Positions 24,483-38,029 of a stretch of 64,000 nt of DNA are shown piece by piece (positions within the stretch are counted from its first letter, which is position 1; every line of letters starts with the position of its first letter). The notes under the pieces were generated by a model. It was not told the origin of the DNA, searched no databases, and was given only the letters and a program-made list of their open reading frames with translations. The stretch comes from Octopus sinensis. Taxonomy: Eukaryota. The position numbers were made by a program, and so were the translations under genes. The DNA lies in NCBI RefSeq assembly GCF_006345805.1, contig NC_043004.1, positions 72,974,001-73,038,000 of the forward strand, read 5' to 3'.

Positions 24483-24680
24483 CTAGTTTCAGCTCACGAG
24501 CTGTGGCCATGCTGGGGCACCGCCATTTGGTGTTGCTACATGATTTTACTTCACGAATGCTTTTTAGCAACTGCCATTTGGTGCATGAGAGAGTTCGATG
24601 CAGCTGCCCTCATCTGCACCTCCTGCCGTGAAGTTGGTTCATCCGGGACACCTGACAGGAAGAGATCCAGTCCTACTAAG
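24483..24680 (-). mobile_element. CR1-type LINE 3' end
   Basis: LDLFLSGVPDEPTSRQEVQMRAAASNSLMHQM, then 3' UTR GGCGGTGCCCCAGCATGGCCACAGCTCGTGAGCTGAAAC. Confidence 0.8.
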
Positions 24681-24904
24681 GAATAGAGTTTTAATCTCTT
24701 GAATCTTTCCCAGTAGCTTATGTATGTATATGTAAGTATATTTCTTCTAAAAATGAAAAATAGCGTCAGACATTAGACGTTGGGAAGTTGTAACGTTCAT
24801 GCTCTCTGTAATCAGTTTTGTGTGTAATGGTTGTTGTATATCTGTCTGTTTCACATGGCACTCAGAATTACACTGCTATACATATGAATTTAGGGATGTG
24901 TATC

Positions 24905-24950
<46 letters not shown>

Positions 24951-24954
24951 GAGG

Positions 24955-25013
<59 letters not shown>

Positions 25014-25390
25014 GTAGATAGATAGAGACAGACAGACAGACAGATACATACATACATATATACATACACAGTAGCCAAATCCCCTTCAAATCACTACCGT
25101 GTTAAAAAGTACACGTTGGATAATTGGCCCTGTGTCCTTTGTACATAAGAATAAGGCATGACTGTCACGGTTGGAATATCTGTGATCATAGGTCTGCTCA
25201 ATTAAGGACAAATTCACGTTAAACGACAGTAACAACAACATCATCGTCAACAAGCGGCATGTAACATTTAAAATGTGTTATATAAACACATTTTGGAAAA
25301 TGTGTTATACAAACACACAATCAACATGACTTCTTGTCGTTGTTGTTGTAATTGACATTATTATTGTTGTTGTTCTTGTTGTTATTATTT

Positions 25391-25641
25391 AGGCGGCGAG
25401 TTGGCAAAATCGTTAGCACGCCGGACGAAATGCTTAGTGGCATTTCTTCCGGCTTTACGTTGTTAGTTCAAATTCTGCCAAGATTGACTTTGCCTTTCAT
25501 TTTTCGGGGTCGTTAAAATAAGTACCAGTTGACTATTTGGGTCGATGCAATCGACTATCTCCCCACCTTCTCCTGAATTTGCTGGCCTTGTGCCAAAATT
25601 TGAAACTAGTAGTAGTAGTAGTGGTGGTGGTGGTGGTGGTG

Positions 25642-25683
<42 letters not shown>

Positions 25684-25900
25684 AAGTCGGGAGCTGGCAG
25701 AAGCGTTAGCACGCCGGGCGAAATGCTCAGCGGTATTTCGTCTGCCGCTACGTTCTGAGTTCAAATTCCGGCGAGATCGACTTTGTCTTTCATCCTTTCG
25801 GGGTTGATAAATTAAGTACCAGTTGTGTACTGGGATCGATCTAATCAACTGGCTCCCCTCCCCAAAAATTTCGGGCCTTGTGCCTAGAATAGAAAAGAAT
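25391..25900 (+). mobile_element. Two SINE family B copies (25391-25608, 25686-25900) separated by (GTA)/(GTG)n
   Basis: Heads AGGCGGCGAGTTGGC and GGGAGCTGGCAGAAGCG, box B GTTCAAATTC. Further copies at ~17480-17680 (-), 28431-28650, 57353-57577 and ~60590-60790 (-). Confidence 0.85.
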
Positions 25901-26344
25901 TAGAGATATATGTATGAATGTTGTCTGGTGATTTTGCGTTTGGGAATTAATGATGTTCTTCCCTTTAGGAGCCATCCATGGGTTGATTACGGTCTGCCTA
26001 GCAATTCAATGAATGCTGTTGGGATATTTATCTATGAAATTGAATAAGTATTGGGTATTATATCATAAAATTGTATCGGCATTATACATGTGTATAGGCC
26101 ATTGAATTATAAAGGTATAGATAATTGAATTTGTTAGGTTATAAGTCATTGAATCATATTTCATGGCATCATATAGATACATGCCTTATATGACATATAT
26201 GAATAAGTTTTTTTGAATCACTATCATCATCATCATCATCATCATCATTATTGTTATTGGCAGAATCGTTAACATGCTGGACGAAATGTTTAGCGGCATT
26301 TCGTCCGTCTCTACGTTCTGAGTTCAAATTCCGCCGAGGTCGAC

Positions 26345-26670
26345 TTTAAGTAGCAATCAGCCCCTTTTGCTATCATTCTCAGGGCACCTATGATAACAGG
26401 TATTATTTTAGTCTTCAGGTTCCACATTTTGCTGATTTCTATTTCAAGATCTTTATATTTGCTCAGTTTTTGGTAGGTCTTGACAGATACGTTTATATCA
26501 ATTGGGACAGTCATATCAATGAGGAGGCCTGTTCTTTGTTTGAAGTTTTTCAATATGATGTCTGGCCTATTTGCATCTATATTTCTGTCAGTTTGAATGG
26601 TGAAATTCTAGAGGAGTGAAAGTGGTCATTTTCAAGCACTGGGGGTGGTTTGTGTTCCCACCATTTTTTT
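26345..26670 (-). pseudogene. R4/Dong-type RLE endonuclease fragment
   Basis: KWWEHKP..VLEND...RPDIILKNFKQRTGLLIDMTVPIDINVSVKTYQKLSKYKDLEIEISKMWNL; 5' side abuts (AAT)n. Confidence 0.85.
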
Positions 26671-26679
26671 TTATTGTTA

Positions 26680-26764
<85 letters not shown>

Positions 26765-26769
26765 TATTA

Positions 26770-27165
26770 AAGCAGTGAGCAGGCAGAACCTTTAGCATGC
26801 CAGGCGAAATGCCTAGCGGTATTTCGTCTGCCGCTACGTTCTGAGTTCAAATTCCGCCGAGGTCGACTTTGCCTTTCATCCTTTCGGGGTCGATTAAATA
26901 AGTACCAGTTACGCACTGGGGTCGATATAATCGACTTAATCTGTTTGTCTGTCCTTGTTTGTCCTCTCTGTGTTTAGCCCCTTGTGAGTAGTAAAGAAAT
27001 GGGTATTTCGCTCGTCGCTACGTTCCGAGTTCAAATTCCCATGCGTTCGACTTTGCTTTCCATCCTTTCGGGATCGATTGAATAAGTACCAGTTACGCAC
27101 TCGGGTCGATGTAATCGACTTAATCCCCTCCCCCCAGCTGCCCTTGTGGCAAAAATTTGAAATCG
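26770..27165 (+). mobile_element. SINE family B dimer
   Basis: Second unit restarts at GGTATTTCG after GTAAAGAAAT, the same junction as in the 18700-19278 trimer. Confidence 0.8.
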
Positions 27166-27166
27166 T

Positions 27167-27616
27167 TGCATCACAACCATATGTGCGCGACATGGTGATC
27201 TCATATCAAGATAAACAGCACATGACCTTGCAGGTGGAGCCCAGTTAGAATTTTCTTCAGATCGAGTAACCCATCCCACTCAAAAGGTCCCTGAATAAGG
27301 GTTGTTTAAGGACGTTGAACGAAACACCTATGTTTCCAGAGGTGAATTATTCAAACCCCAAAGAATCCTTCTCAACACATGGCTATGATGCTCCCCCACT
27401 ACTTCTGCTCGTGATCAGAGATGCACATATCGTCAGCCACTAAGGGACATGCTCAACTGGTTAACGTCAAACAACTGACAAGCAAATCTGTGGTATTGAG
27501 CAGAATATTTGCTGTAGCCCATCTTTTATACAAAGACAAAACAATGTACATGATAACACTTCCAATCAGTTAAGATCAGAAGCCATGAGAGCCACTGCCT
27601 GGTACTGCATCAGGGC
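27167..27616 (-). mobile_element. Unclassified ~550-bp SINE-like element, copy 1 (truncated)
   Basis: Aligns with 27659-28204 and 63711-64000; abuts (ATT)n. Confidence 0.75.
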
Positions 27617-27658
27617 ATTATTATTATTATCATTATTATTATTATTATTATTATTATT

Positions 27659-28204
27659 GAGTGAGAGAGCAGTTCGTACCATCTAAGTGACACTGGGGTA
27701 AAATATACGAAGCCCAATATACCCATCATGACTACCCATCTGATAAAGGTACACCAGGCACATGCATCACAACCATATGTGCACGACATGGTGATCTCAT
27801 ATCAAGATAAACAGCACATGACCTTGCAGGTGGGGCCCAGTTAGAATTTTCTTCAGGTTGAGTAGCCCATCCCGCTCAAACGGTCCCTGAATAAGGGTTG
27901 TTTAAGGATGTTGAAAGAACCACCCATGTTTCCAGAGGTGAATTATTCAAACCCCAAAGAATCCCTCTCAGCACATGGCTATGATGCTCCCCCACTACTT
28001 CTGCTCGTGATTAGAGATGCCCATATCGTCAGCCACTAAAGGACATGCTCAACTGGTTATGGTCAAACAACTGACAAGCAAATCTGTGGTATTGAGCAGA
28101 ATATTTGCTGTAGCCCATCTTTTATACCAAGACAAAACAATGTACATGATAACACTTCCAATCAGTTAAGATCAGAAGCCATGAGAGCCACTGCCTGGTA
28201 CTGC
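27659..28204 (-). mobile_element. Unclassified ~550-bp SINE-like element, copy 2
   Basis: (ATT)n on both sides; non-coding. Strand is inferred. Confidence 0.75.
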
Positions 28205-28266
<62 letters not shown>

Positions 28267-29565
28267 TTATTATTATTATTATCATTATTATTATTATTAT
28301 AGGCCTATATAAAGTATGTAGGTCAGCAAATTTCATATTTATATGTCACTGAATACTATAGTTTAACAAGGCCTTGGAATTATATTGGTATCAATGGGAC
28401 ACTACTCGAATGTAATATTCTCTAGAATCAAGGCGGCGAGCTGGCAGAATTGTCAGCAAACTGGGCCAAATACTTAACGGCTTTTCATCTGTCTTTACGT
28501 TCTGAATTCAAATTCCACCGCGGTCTACTTTGACTTTTATACTTTCAGGGTCGATAAAATATGGTCAGTGCTCAACTGGCACATATTTTATCAATGAAGA
28601 CTTGATCCTTTCTCTAAGATTACTGGCCTTGTGCCAAGATGTGAAATCAATTTTCCATTGAATCACTATTTCAGTCTAGTTTTTCAGTGATGCTCCTAGA
28701 TAACTATATGTTATGACGAGGGTTAATTGTATTTTTTAAATTTGTCTTTTTTTTTTGTTTCAATTAGCACGCCAGTAATGTTTTTATTCGATGCCCTGTT
28801 TCGCAGGGCTATTTTCATTCAGCCATCACACATGTCCCACAACCGTATTCTACCCCCTTCGGTCATGAATGACCATGGGATTGTACCTAGAAAGTTACCC
28901 TCCGAGGCACAGGTCTGGGCAAGGTTGTTTATGGAAGACCAGCAGTCGCCCACGCATACCAGATTCCCCTCTCCACACCACCAGTGTTATCCAAGGGAAA
29001 GGCAAAGGGGCCGATACATCTTGGCACCAGTGACGTCGCAGCTCATTTATTAACGTGCAAATTGCTGAGCACTCCACAGACACGTGTACCCTTAACTAAA
29101 ATACAGGTACAACAGAAACAGAAAGAAAGAGTGAGAGAAAGTTGTAGTGAAAGAGTGTAGCAGGGTTCACCACCACCCCCTGCCGGAGCCTCGTGGAGCT
29201 TTAGGTGTTTTCGCTCAATAAACACTCACAATGTCCAGTCTGGGAATCGAAACCGCGATCCTACGACCGCTAGTCCACTGCCCTATCCACTGGGCCATTG
29301 CGCCTCCATAACCGTATTCTACCAATATACCACTAATTGGTAATGAAATTATGAAGGGATATTTTTCTGATAATGGAATAAGAATAAGTTATCAATCCGT
29401 TCTACATAACGAACGCATCACAGAGCAAATATTTTTCAAGTACACGAGCACATGGTTAATTACGAGAGCCTTCTCAGCAAAGGAACTTGAAGATATATTC
29501 AAGTAGAATAAATTAGAACGTAACGCTACACACAGACATAGATACTGCAGCAGCTAATTGTTATT

Positions 29566-29673
29566 TAAATTATTCTCTTCGGCTAATTTATTCTCTCCAG
29601 CTAATTTATTCCTGCCAAGTAATTTATTCTCTCCAGCTAATTTATTTTCTTGGGATAATTTATTCTGCCCAGC
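29566..29673. repeat. 18-bp minisatellite (GCTAATTTATTCTCTCCA-like), ~6 units
   Basis: Direct reading. Confidence 0.8.
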
Positions 29674-30750
29674 TCGTGAGAGGTTGTCGTTCAATTATCA
29701 CAATTTTGTCAGTTTTTGTTAGATAATATGTTATAACATTTAGCGGTGGGGTAAGGTGACGGGGGTGGATGATAGAAGTACAAGTATAACGTCTTTAGCG
29801 AAGCCAATTCGCCATCTCACCATCGTGATTCCCTATCAAGACCACTTAAAGAATATCTCCAGTGCTTTTAAGAATGGAATAAATATTACAATATTTCATT
29901 TGCCTCGTTCTTATAAAGTTTAGAGTTCATTATATAATTTAGCATGTTTTTTTAAATACCATAATAATTATACTGAGTTTAAAATATGTACCATTTTCTG
30001 TGGGAGTTTATAAACATGGGTGTATCTAAAAAATTGTACCGTTTACGAATGTTTGTATATAGGTAATGTAATATTATATAGCTATATACATATACATGTG
30101 TAGGTGTGTGTGGGGGGGAGTCTAAGTGCATATGTTTGCGTATCTGCACAATTATTACATGATGTTTAATTAAGAAAATAACGAAGAAAAATATTTAATG
30201 AAAAACACAGCGAGTTGAAATATGGCAAACATTTGTACCAGAAAGGGAAACACTCGATGTACTGAGTGAGGTTAACATTATATAATTTATTTAATTTCTG
30301 AAAGAAGAAGAAATAAATACACAAACAAATAAATACATGAATAATGTGTGTGTGTGTGTGTGTGTGTTGTGTGTGTGTGTGTGCATACGACGGACTTCCA
30401 CACAGTTTCCGCCTATCAAATCTACTGATAAAGCATTGGTTAGCCCGGGGATATGCAAGAAGTCACTTGCCCAAGGTGCTGCACGGTGAGATTGAACCTG
30501 AAACTTTGTGACTGCATTATCTTTGGTCTTTTTTTTTTATAGTGCAAATAGTGAATATTAGCATTATTCGTTACAGGTTTCCAGTAGACCAATCACTTGT
30601 TCACTACCTGAGTGACAAGGGAGAATCTGTAGCCGGGCTGTACAAATGCCGCTTAGGATATTTCTTTTTATTAAAGAATGCTTTTTTCCTACGGTTTTCT
30701 TGCGGTTTACATCTTTCTTCTACTTATATCGATGTAAGATACGCACATTT

Positions 30751-30802
<52 letters not shown>

Positions 30803-31808
30803 ACACATACATACATACTTATATATTCACATGCATGTAAATATACATATATACTGTAACCACATGTGAATCGTTGGCGATTTTCTTCTTCCGTCTTCCT
30901 TTCTTTTGGACTTTCCTCTGTTTCTGAAGAAGAGCGTTGCTCGAAACGTTAAACTATCTTTCCTTCCCTGAGCGTCTGCTAATACTTTACGTGTACCACG
31001 TCTTCGCGTTGTTGTTTTTTTGTGTTTGTTCTTTTTCTGGGTTTTTTTTGGGGGGGGTACTACAATATATATATTATAATTCTGAAATGCGAAAAGTTTG
31101 TTTGTTTGTCTGTTTTTGGCATTGAGAACAGGTTAAAAGCCACTAGATCCCGTCGGATTGACTTCAAAAGTTACAGGGACATGTAAAATGAGGTGAGGTT
31201 GCGAGTGGGCTAGGTTAGAAATCCCCATCTTAAAAGGTGTCGTTGCTAGGGCCAAAAGCGCACTTTGACAAGTCTACTCTCATTCTTTTATATATCTGTC
31301 TTCCTCCATCACTCACTCTCTTTCCTCCCTTCCTTTCACTTTCTATATATAACGTCGTTTCACAGCGTCCTATATCTCCCCGCCCTCCCCGCCTTCGACA
31401 GCGCTTTCACACACTCTCTCTCTCTACGTCTGTCTGCATTCATAGAGAGAATTATCATCGCCAGCACAACCACACAATCATGAGAACAGATGTTATGAAT
31501 CACATATTTATTGGGTTAATTTATATATGTGTGTGTGTGTGTTCTATATATAAATATGTATACATAATGTATATATACAAAGTGTATATATCTGTATTTA
31601 TGTATATAAAACTTTTTAATACTTTTTGATAGTTATGTATATATTTTTTAAAATTATAATATAAATTAATAATTTTAATTTTACATTTAAATAATTTAAA
31701 TTTTTAAATTTTATATTTTATATATTTTGTATATTATATTTTTATTTTTGTTCTGGTTTATGTTTTTCACTGTTTGATTTGTGTAATAGTGGTTTTATCT
31801 CTAATTTA

Positions 31809-31856
<48 letters not shown>

Positions 31857-32651
31857 GTATACATTTGTATATATAATGCGTATACACACACATATATATA
31901 TATATAATGCGTATATATATATATAATGTGTGCACTATGTGGTCGGTTGCGCTGAAAATATGCACACCTATGTTAATATTTACACCAATTCATATCAAAT
32001 GACAACGAAAACATTCCTTCATCGCCCTGATTCTTTTGGAAACCATTGAAATGGAATATTATGGACGTAGCCACCTCATACATAGCTGTAGGCTTTGCTC
32101 CACAGAGGTATTCGAAATCCGCCGGACAAATGATTGTAAGTACTATATACCATGTTAAGAGACAATTCCTTCTGCATAATTACTGCTCTTAGACATTCGA
32201 TATGTTCTAAATACTGCAGTACAGCTATTCTTTTATAACCACTACTCAGGTATGAGCACTTTCCCTTACTCTGAAGTAATCAACGCTATCAGTAGCCATA
32301 TTACGTGAGAAACTAACAACCAACTAACCAGTATAGAGAAATAAGAATCTGTGTAACAGATATCCTTTAAATACATCACTTGTTTACAGTTCAGTTCAAC
32401 TTGTATAATTTGATCGAGGGTCACTGAGTAGCGAAGGCGTGAACTATGAACGGATCCGATATGAGTGTGTAATTCGCGCGCCTGTGTATGTTTATGTACC
32501 TGCACTTATCAATATGCAGCTAACTGTATACATACCTGCATACATTGACACATGCATGCACGTACGCACATATACATGCATCAACATTTGTATGTATGCA
32601 TGTAGATGCCCCCACATATTTATGCATGTACATACATGCATACAGACAGGC

Positions 32652-32722
<71 letters not shown>

Positions 32723-32754
32723 CAGACAGATAGATAGATAGATAGATAGAGAGG

Positions 32755-32804
<50 letters not shown>

Positions 32805-32805
32805 T

Positions 32806-32882
<77 letters not shown>

Positions 32883-32938
32883 CAGATAGATAGATAGATA
32901 GATAGACAGACAGATAGATAGATAGATAGATAGAGAGG

Positions 32939-32979
<41 letters not shown>

Positions 32980-33032
32980 GATAGATAGATAGATAGATAG
33001 ATAGATATATAGATAGATAGATAATAGGAGAG

Positions 33033-33073
<41 letters not shown>

Positions 33074-33116
33074 GATAGATAGAGAGATAGATATATAGAT
33101 AGATAGATAGATAGAT

Positions 33117-34374
33117 ATGTTTCTTTATTAGCCACACAGGGCTGCACACAGATAGAACAAATTAAGGTAGAGCTTTTCTTTTGAAGGTATTAAAAAAAAA
33201 AAAAAAAAAAAAGGAAGGGGGAGGTTCGATCAAAAGGGATCGTAAAAGGAGAGAAAGAGGACAAAAATAAGAGGGGTTAAAAAAAAAAAAAAAAAAAAAA
33301 GGGGGGGGGAGAGGAAAAAAAATGATCAATAGGGATCGTTATCACAGAAATGTCAATATGAAGTGTAAAGGGGAGGACAGGTGAGGTTTACCCGTGGAAA
33401 GAAAAGCCTGCGGAAAAGACCACGGTAACCTCGGTCAATGAAGTCACATTTTATATTTCTTTTTTTTTTTTTTTTTTTTTGCAAATAAGCAACTCTCTGT
33501 TTTCGATTTCTTGGGTCATAGGACTATGCTCAAGGTGGCTTCGTCATTCATACGTGCCATTCTTGCTACATTCACCCATCTTTTTTTAAAACATTCGCTA
33601 GACAAAACTTGCCTCTCTACTCTCACTTTCCTTTTCAAGTGGTACTTGAAGAAGTTGATGAGAGATTGACCAGAGAGGAAAGTGTTTGTCTCCAATCCTT
33701 TCAGACGCGTCCACCAGATACATTCTTTCGCCATAGCCACAAGGATGATGAAAATAGCTCTTCCTTCCCGTTTTGGAAGGAGGCGTGACAATATTGACGA
33801 TAGACTCAGCTGATAAACCGACTCGTCCCACACGTGACAGCAGTTGTTCGACATAAGCCACAGGTCGGAAATTGTTGGACACTGAACGAGTGCGTGCAGA
33901 ACGGTTTCGTCGCTGACCGCATCTCGGGCAGGTCGGCCCCGTGTTTCTCGAGCCGTGTCTGTAGAGCTTATCCCGAACGGGTAGCGCTTCTCGGTAGCAC
34001 TGCCAGGCCAGGGATCTCTGGAAGTTGTCCATGGGCCCTGGCCCGAAAGTCGTCCCGAACAGCGGGTCAGGTACTCCTCGTCGACGTCCAGGTTCGCCCC
34101 GAGCTCGTCGTCGTACCTCCCCTCCACTAAACCCCTATAGAATGCTTTGGTTGTGTTGAAGTCACTTAAGGTCGACCCAGGACGGCAGAGTTGCTTGAGA
34201 GCAACGCGACACTCGCGGTGCCATTCGCCCTTCCTCGGCCTCTTTTTGATCCACGACTGCAGTTCGGTCATGGAGACGAGCTGCGGGAAAGCGTGCCTCA
34301 CAAACGGCGACCACACCTGTTCACCGTCGTCTACATAGAGCCAGAGATGTCGCAGTCTCAGCGCGTGTCTGCGC

Positions 34375-34375
<1 letters not shown>
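33117..34375 (-). mobile_element. Tx1-family element copy 2, 5'-truncated
   Basis: ORF2 C-terminus (ends KRWVNVARMARMNDEATLSIVL) plus 3' UTR, highly similar to 37591-38886; (GATA)n on both flanks. Confidence 0.93.
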
Positions 34376-34408
<33 letters not shown>

Positions 34409-34667
34409 ATGGAGTTAAACTTCCACTAAATATATCTACTTCCATGTCTTTAAGCTTTATTCTAATTCACCTTTCGCTCTATATCTCTCTACTATTTGTT
34501 TTCTATCAATTTCTTTCTTTCCTTCTCTTCCTCCTTCCCTTTCTACAAACTACTTTTGACGTTGTATCTACGAACGGTTTTTTAAAAAACTTGCTAGCCT
34601 TCTTCTCACCATATACGCAGTCATCACATTCTGTTGAAATGTCTTATTGATGTGTTTGGTTTCTTTC

Positions 34668-34755
34668 TTTTCCTGATGAGAAGATTGAATTGTTTTACAC
34701 TATTTTATTCCTTCTGGAATAATATCAATGTTTTCTTCGAAACATATGTCGAAAG
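34668..34755 (+). ncRNA. Type I hammerhead ribozyme motif with an intact core
   Basis: CTGATGA 34673-34679; stem II GAAGA/TCTTC; GAAA 34739-34742; stem III palindrome ACATATGT; GTC cleavage triplet ending 34750; stem I TTTTC/GAAAG. Confidence 0.7.
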
Positions 34756-37231
34756 TAAAAAGATTTAAATAACAACACCTGCGTTTAACTCCATTTGTTT
34801 ATTTATCTATATTATTGAAAAACATTTCACCTAAACCTGGAATTTCTACCACTAGAAGTAGGCTGTTACATCCTTGGTACTTGTGGGAATTTTTGCTACC
34901 CTGGTAACTATTTATTTAGTTTTGCCATGTTATTTGTAAACACCTAAAACACACACACACATTTATATATGTATGTATGTATGTATGCATGTATGTATGT
35001 ATGTATGTATGTATGTATGTATGTATGTATAGGAAGGCGCATAGTTTAGTGGTTAAGGTGTTGCACTCATGATTGCGAGATCGTAGGTTCGATTCCCAGA
35101 CCGGGTGTTGCGTTGCGTTCTTGAGCAAAGCACTTCATTCCACGCTGTTCTGCGAGCATTTCGTTATCTGACACGTGACGCACGGTGCACCTGTAATGTC
35201 GAATTGATGGAGGGAGTGAGTTTACGTGTACACAACATTTGATGACTATAAACAAATCATCTAACTGGTTATTCGGTTGTTCAATATATATATTGAATGA
35301 TAAGTTATGGCGGCTCACACACAGGACTTCAAGTTTCTGTGCCGAGGATCATCGTATCGCTGACACGCAAACTTGAAGTCCAGTGTGTGAATCATTTATA
35401 TAAATATAGTCCTTTATTTCCGTCTATATTGCGGTTTACCTCTTTTGTAACACCTAATTTGTCAACCTGTATGTATATATATGTAAGCAGGTGTGTATAC
35501 ACGCTTGCATGTTTATTTTTTATTTCCACGTATAGATATATGTGTATATATGTGCGTTTATGTGCATGAATATGTGTGTACACACACATACACACACACA
35601 TGTATATGTTGCCAATGAATATATATTTGTGTATGGTTTTGTATGTGTTTGTGTATATGTATATATTTGGCTATTGTTTCTAGCAGATAGAATGACCGTG
35701 TAGTGTTTCATCGTTGACTCGTTGTTGAGCTTTTGCAAATGCTGCTGTTCCTGCTGTTATTTCTGGTGCAACTGCAGCTGTGCCGTTGTTATTTAACCCC
35801 CCCCCCCCACCCCACCCAGATCAGCAGTGATCCTGTATATTTATTGATCAAATGCATTCCAGATATGACCAACCGTAATTAAGACTACGTAATTATCCAA
35901 AGTGTCGTAGATTTTATTGAAGACAAAAGGGTGTGATACGAGGGAGATTTAGTTGTTAATTCTCGCAAGTCCAGCAGCCACATAGAGATTCAATGTTTTT
36001 CTATTGGTAATAATGGTATTGGTGACGATGGTGGCCGTGGTCGTCGTGGTCGTCGTGGTACTGGTGGTGTTTGAGTGGTTGTTGCGATGACGGGGCGGTA
36101 ATGTAATTGCATGGAAATGAACGGAATCGAGTGCTTACACAAAACTGCAGTAACAAGGCTCTAATAGCTTATTCACAACATCCAGCCATTTACATATCTC
36201 CCTGTCGACAGTCTGCATTATTAAACGTATATAGATGCAAAAACCTATCTAGAATTGTATAGATATGCCATAATGTATATGCCTTTCTTTTATCTTGCAC
36301 TAGCTGTAGTTTTGATAGGGAAACGGCACTTAAGAGTTGTGTATCTGCTCTGTTGAGTCACATGCTGACTCAAACTTCCCTTCAAATTTTTGTCTGCCGA
36401 AATGGTCCCATAGCGGCAACATTCCTTTATAAATTATTTCATTTTGTCTACACGGCAGATACGAACTTCTCTCTTTTATTGGCTGTTCTCAACCTTTCAA
36501 CCTAGATCCCTCTTATTCATAAGACACATGCTGTTTCTCGCTTTCTTTCTTTCTATCTCCTCTTCTCCATCTTACCTTCTTCCTCTACCTCGCCCCTTGC
36601 CTAATTCATCATTGCAACCACCATTCACTATTTACTGTGATCGATCTAACTATAGTCATTTCTGACATAATCCGTCACACCATGCCACTTTTACCGCACA
36701 CGTTGGCTTAAAGATGCACTCAACAGAAGCGAAACTTATTCGGATTATACAGTTAGTCGTACTTCATGTAAAAAAAGGCCATTCTTTTAGTTTTAAACAT
36801 AAAAGCAATAACATAACACGTAGATTATACTCTAAACAATGAATCTATGCTCGAGATATACATACAATGCCTGTAGATTTACATTTACTCATTGGTCACA
36901 GAAGGAGAAGGTTTTCAAGTATTTTGGATGAAGTTAGCAGACTTCTAAAAATAAAACGACGCGCGCACGCACACACACACACACACACACACATCCATAT
37001 GCACACACAGACAAATATATGCATATAAGTATAAACTTAGATAAACTTAGATATGTTTGGACCAAAGATTGGTCCAGGCCATGTCTAACTTAATAGCACC
37101 ACCTGATATATACGTATAGATGTAAGTATGTACATATACGTATTATATATGCTTATAATATATTCTTATATTAATATACATGTATACGTATATTATATAT
37201 GTATATATATTATATATTATAAATATATGGT

Positions 37232-37271
<40 letters not shown>

Positions 37272-37298
37272 GTAACAGATATTAGATAGATAGTTAGA

Positions 37299-37343
<45 letters not shown>

Positions 37344-37462
37344 CAGACGACAGACAGACAGAAGACAGACGACAGACGAACGGACAGACAACAGACATAA
37401 CAGCAGGACAGACAGACAGACAGACAGACGACAGACAGACAGACGATAGATATATAGATAGA

Positions 37463-37494
<32 letters not shown>

Positions 37495-38029
37495 AAGACA
37501 GACGACGAACGGACGACGCAGACATACAGAATACGGACATACAGAATAGAACAGACATACAGATAGATAGATAGATAGATAGATATAGATATTAGTTTCT
37601 TTATTAGCCACACAGGGCTGCACACAGATAGAACAAATTACAAGGTAGAGCTTTTCTTTTGAAGGTTTAAAAAAAATAAAAAAAAATAAAAAAAAAATAA
37701 AATAAAAAATAAGAAAAAAATAAAATAAAATAAAAATAAAATAAAAAGGGGGGTCGATCAAAAGGTCGTAAAAGGAGAGAAAGAGGACAAAAAAAAAAAG
37801 GGGGGTTAAAAAAGGGGGAGAGAAAAAAATTGATCAATAGGGATCGTTATCACAGAAATGTCAATATGAAGTGTAAAGGGGGGACAGGTGAGGTTTACCC
37901 GTGGAAAGAAAAGCCTACGGAAAAGACCACGGTAACCTCGGTCAATGAAGTCACATGTTATATTTCTTTTTTTTTTTTTTTTTTTTGCAATAAGCAACTC
38001 TCTGTATTAATTTTTACGGTTCATAGAAT

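Noticed and set aside
29566-29673. CRISPR-like array
   Set aside because: The repeats are contiguous 18-mers with no spacers in a eukaryotic context; it is a minisatellite.
32000-32460. Unique sequence with a GTAAGT donor-like site
   Set aside because: There is no coherent reading frame or homology I can recognise; RNA-seq would be needed.
36700-36745. Degenerate hammerhead-like string CTAAAGATGC...GCGAAAC
   Set aside because: The core is mutated and stems I and III are not supported.
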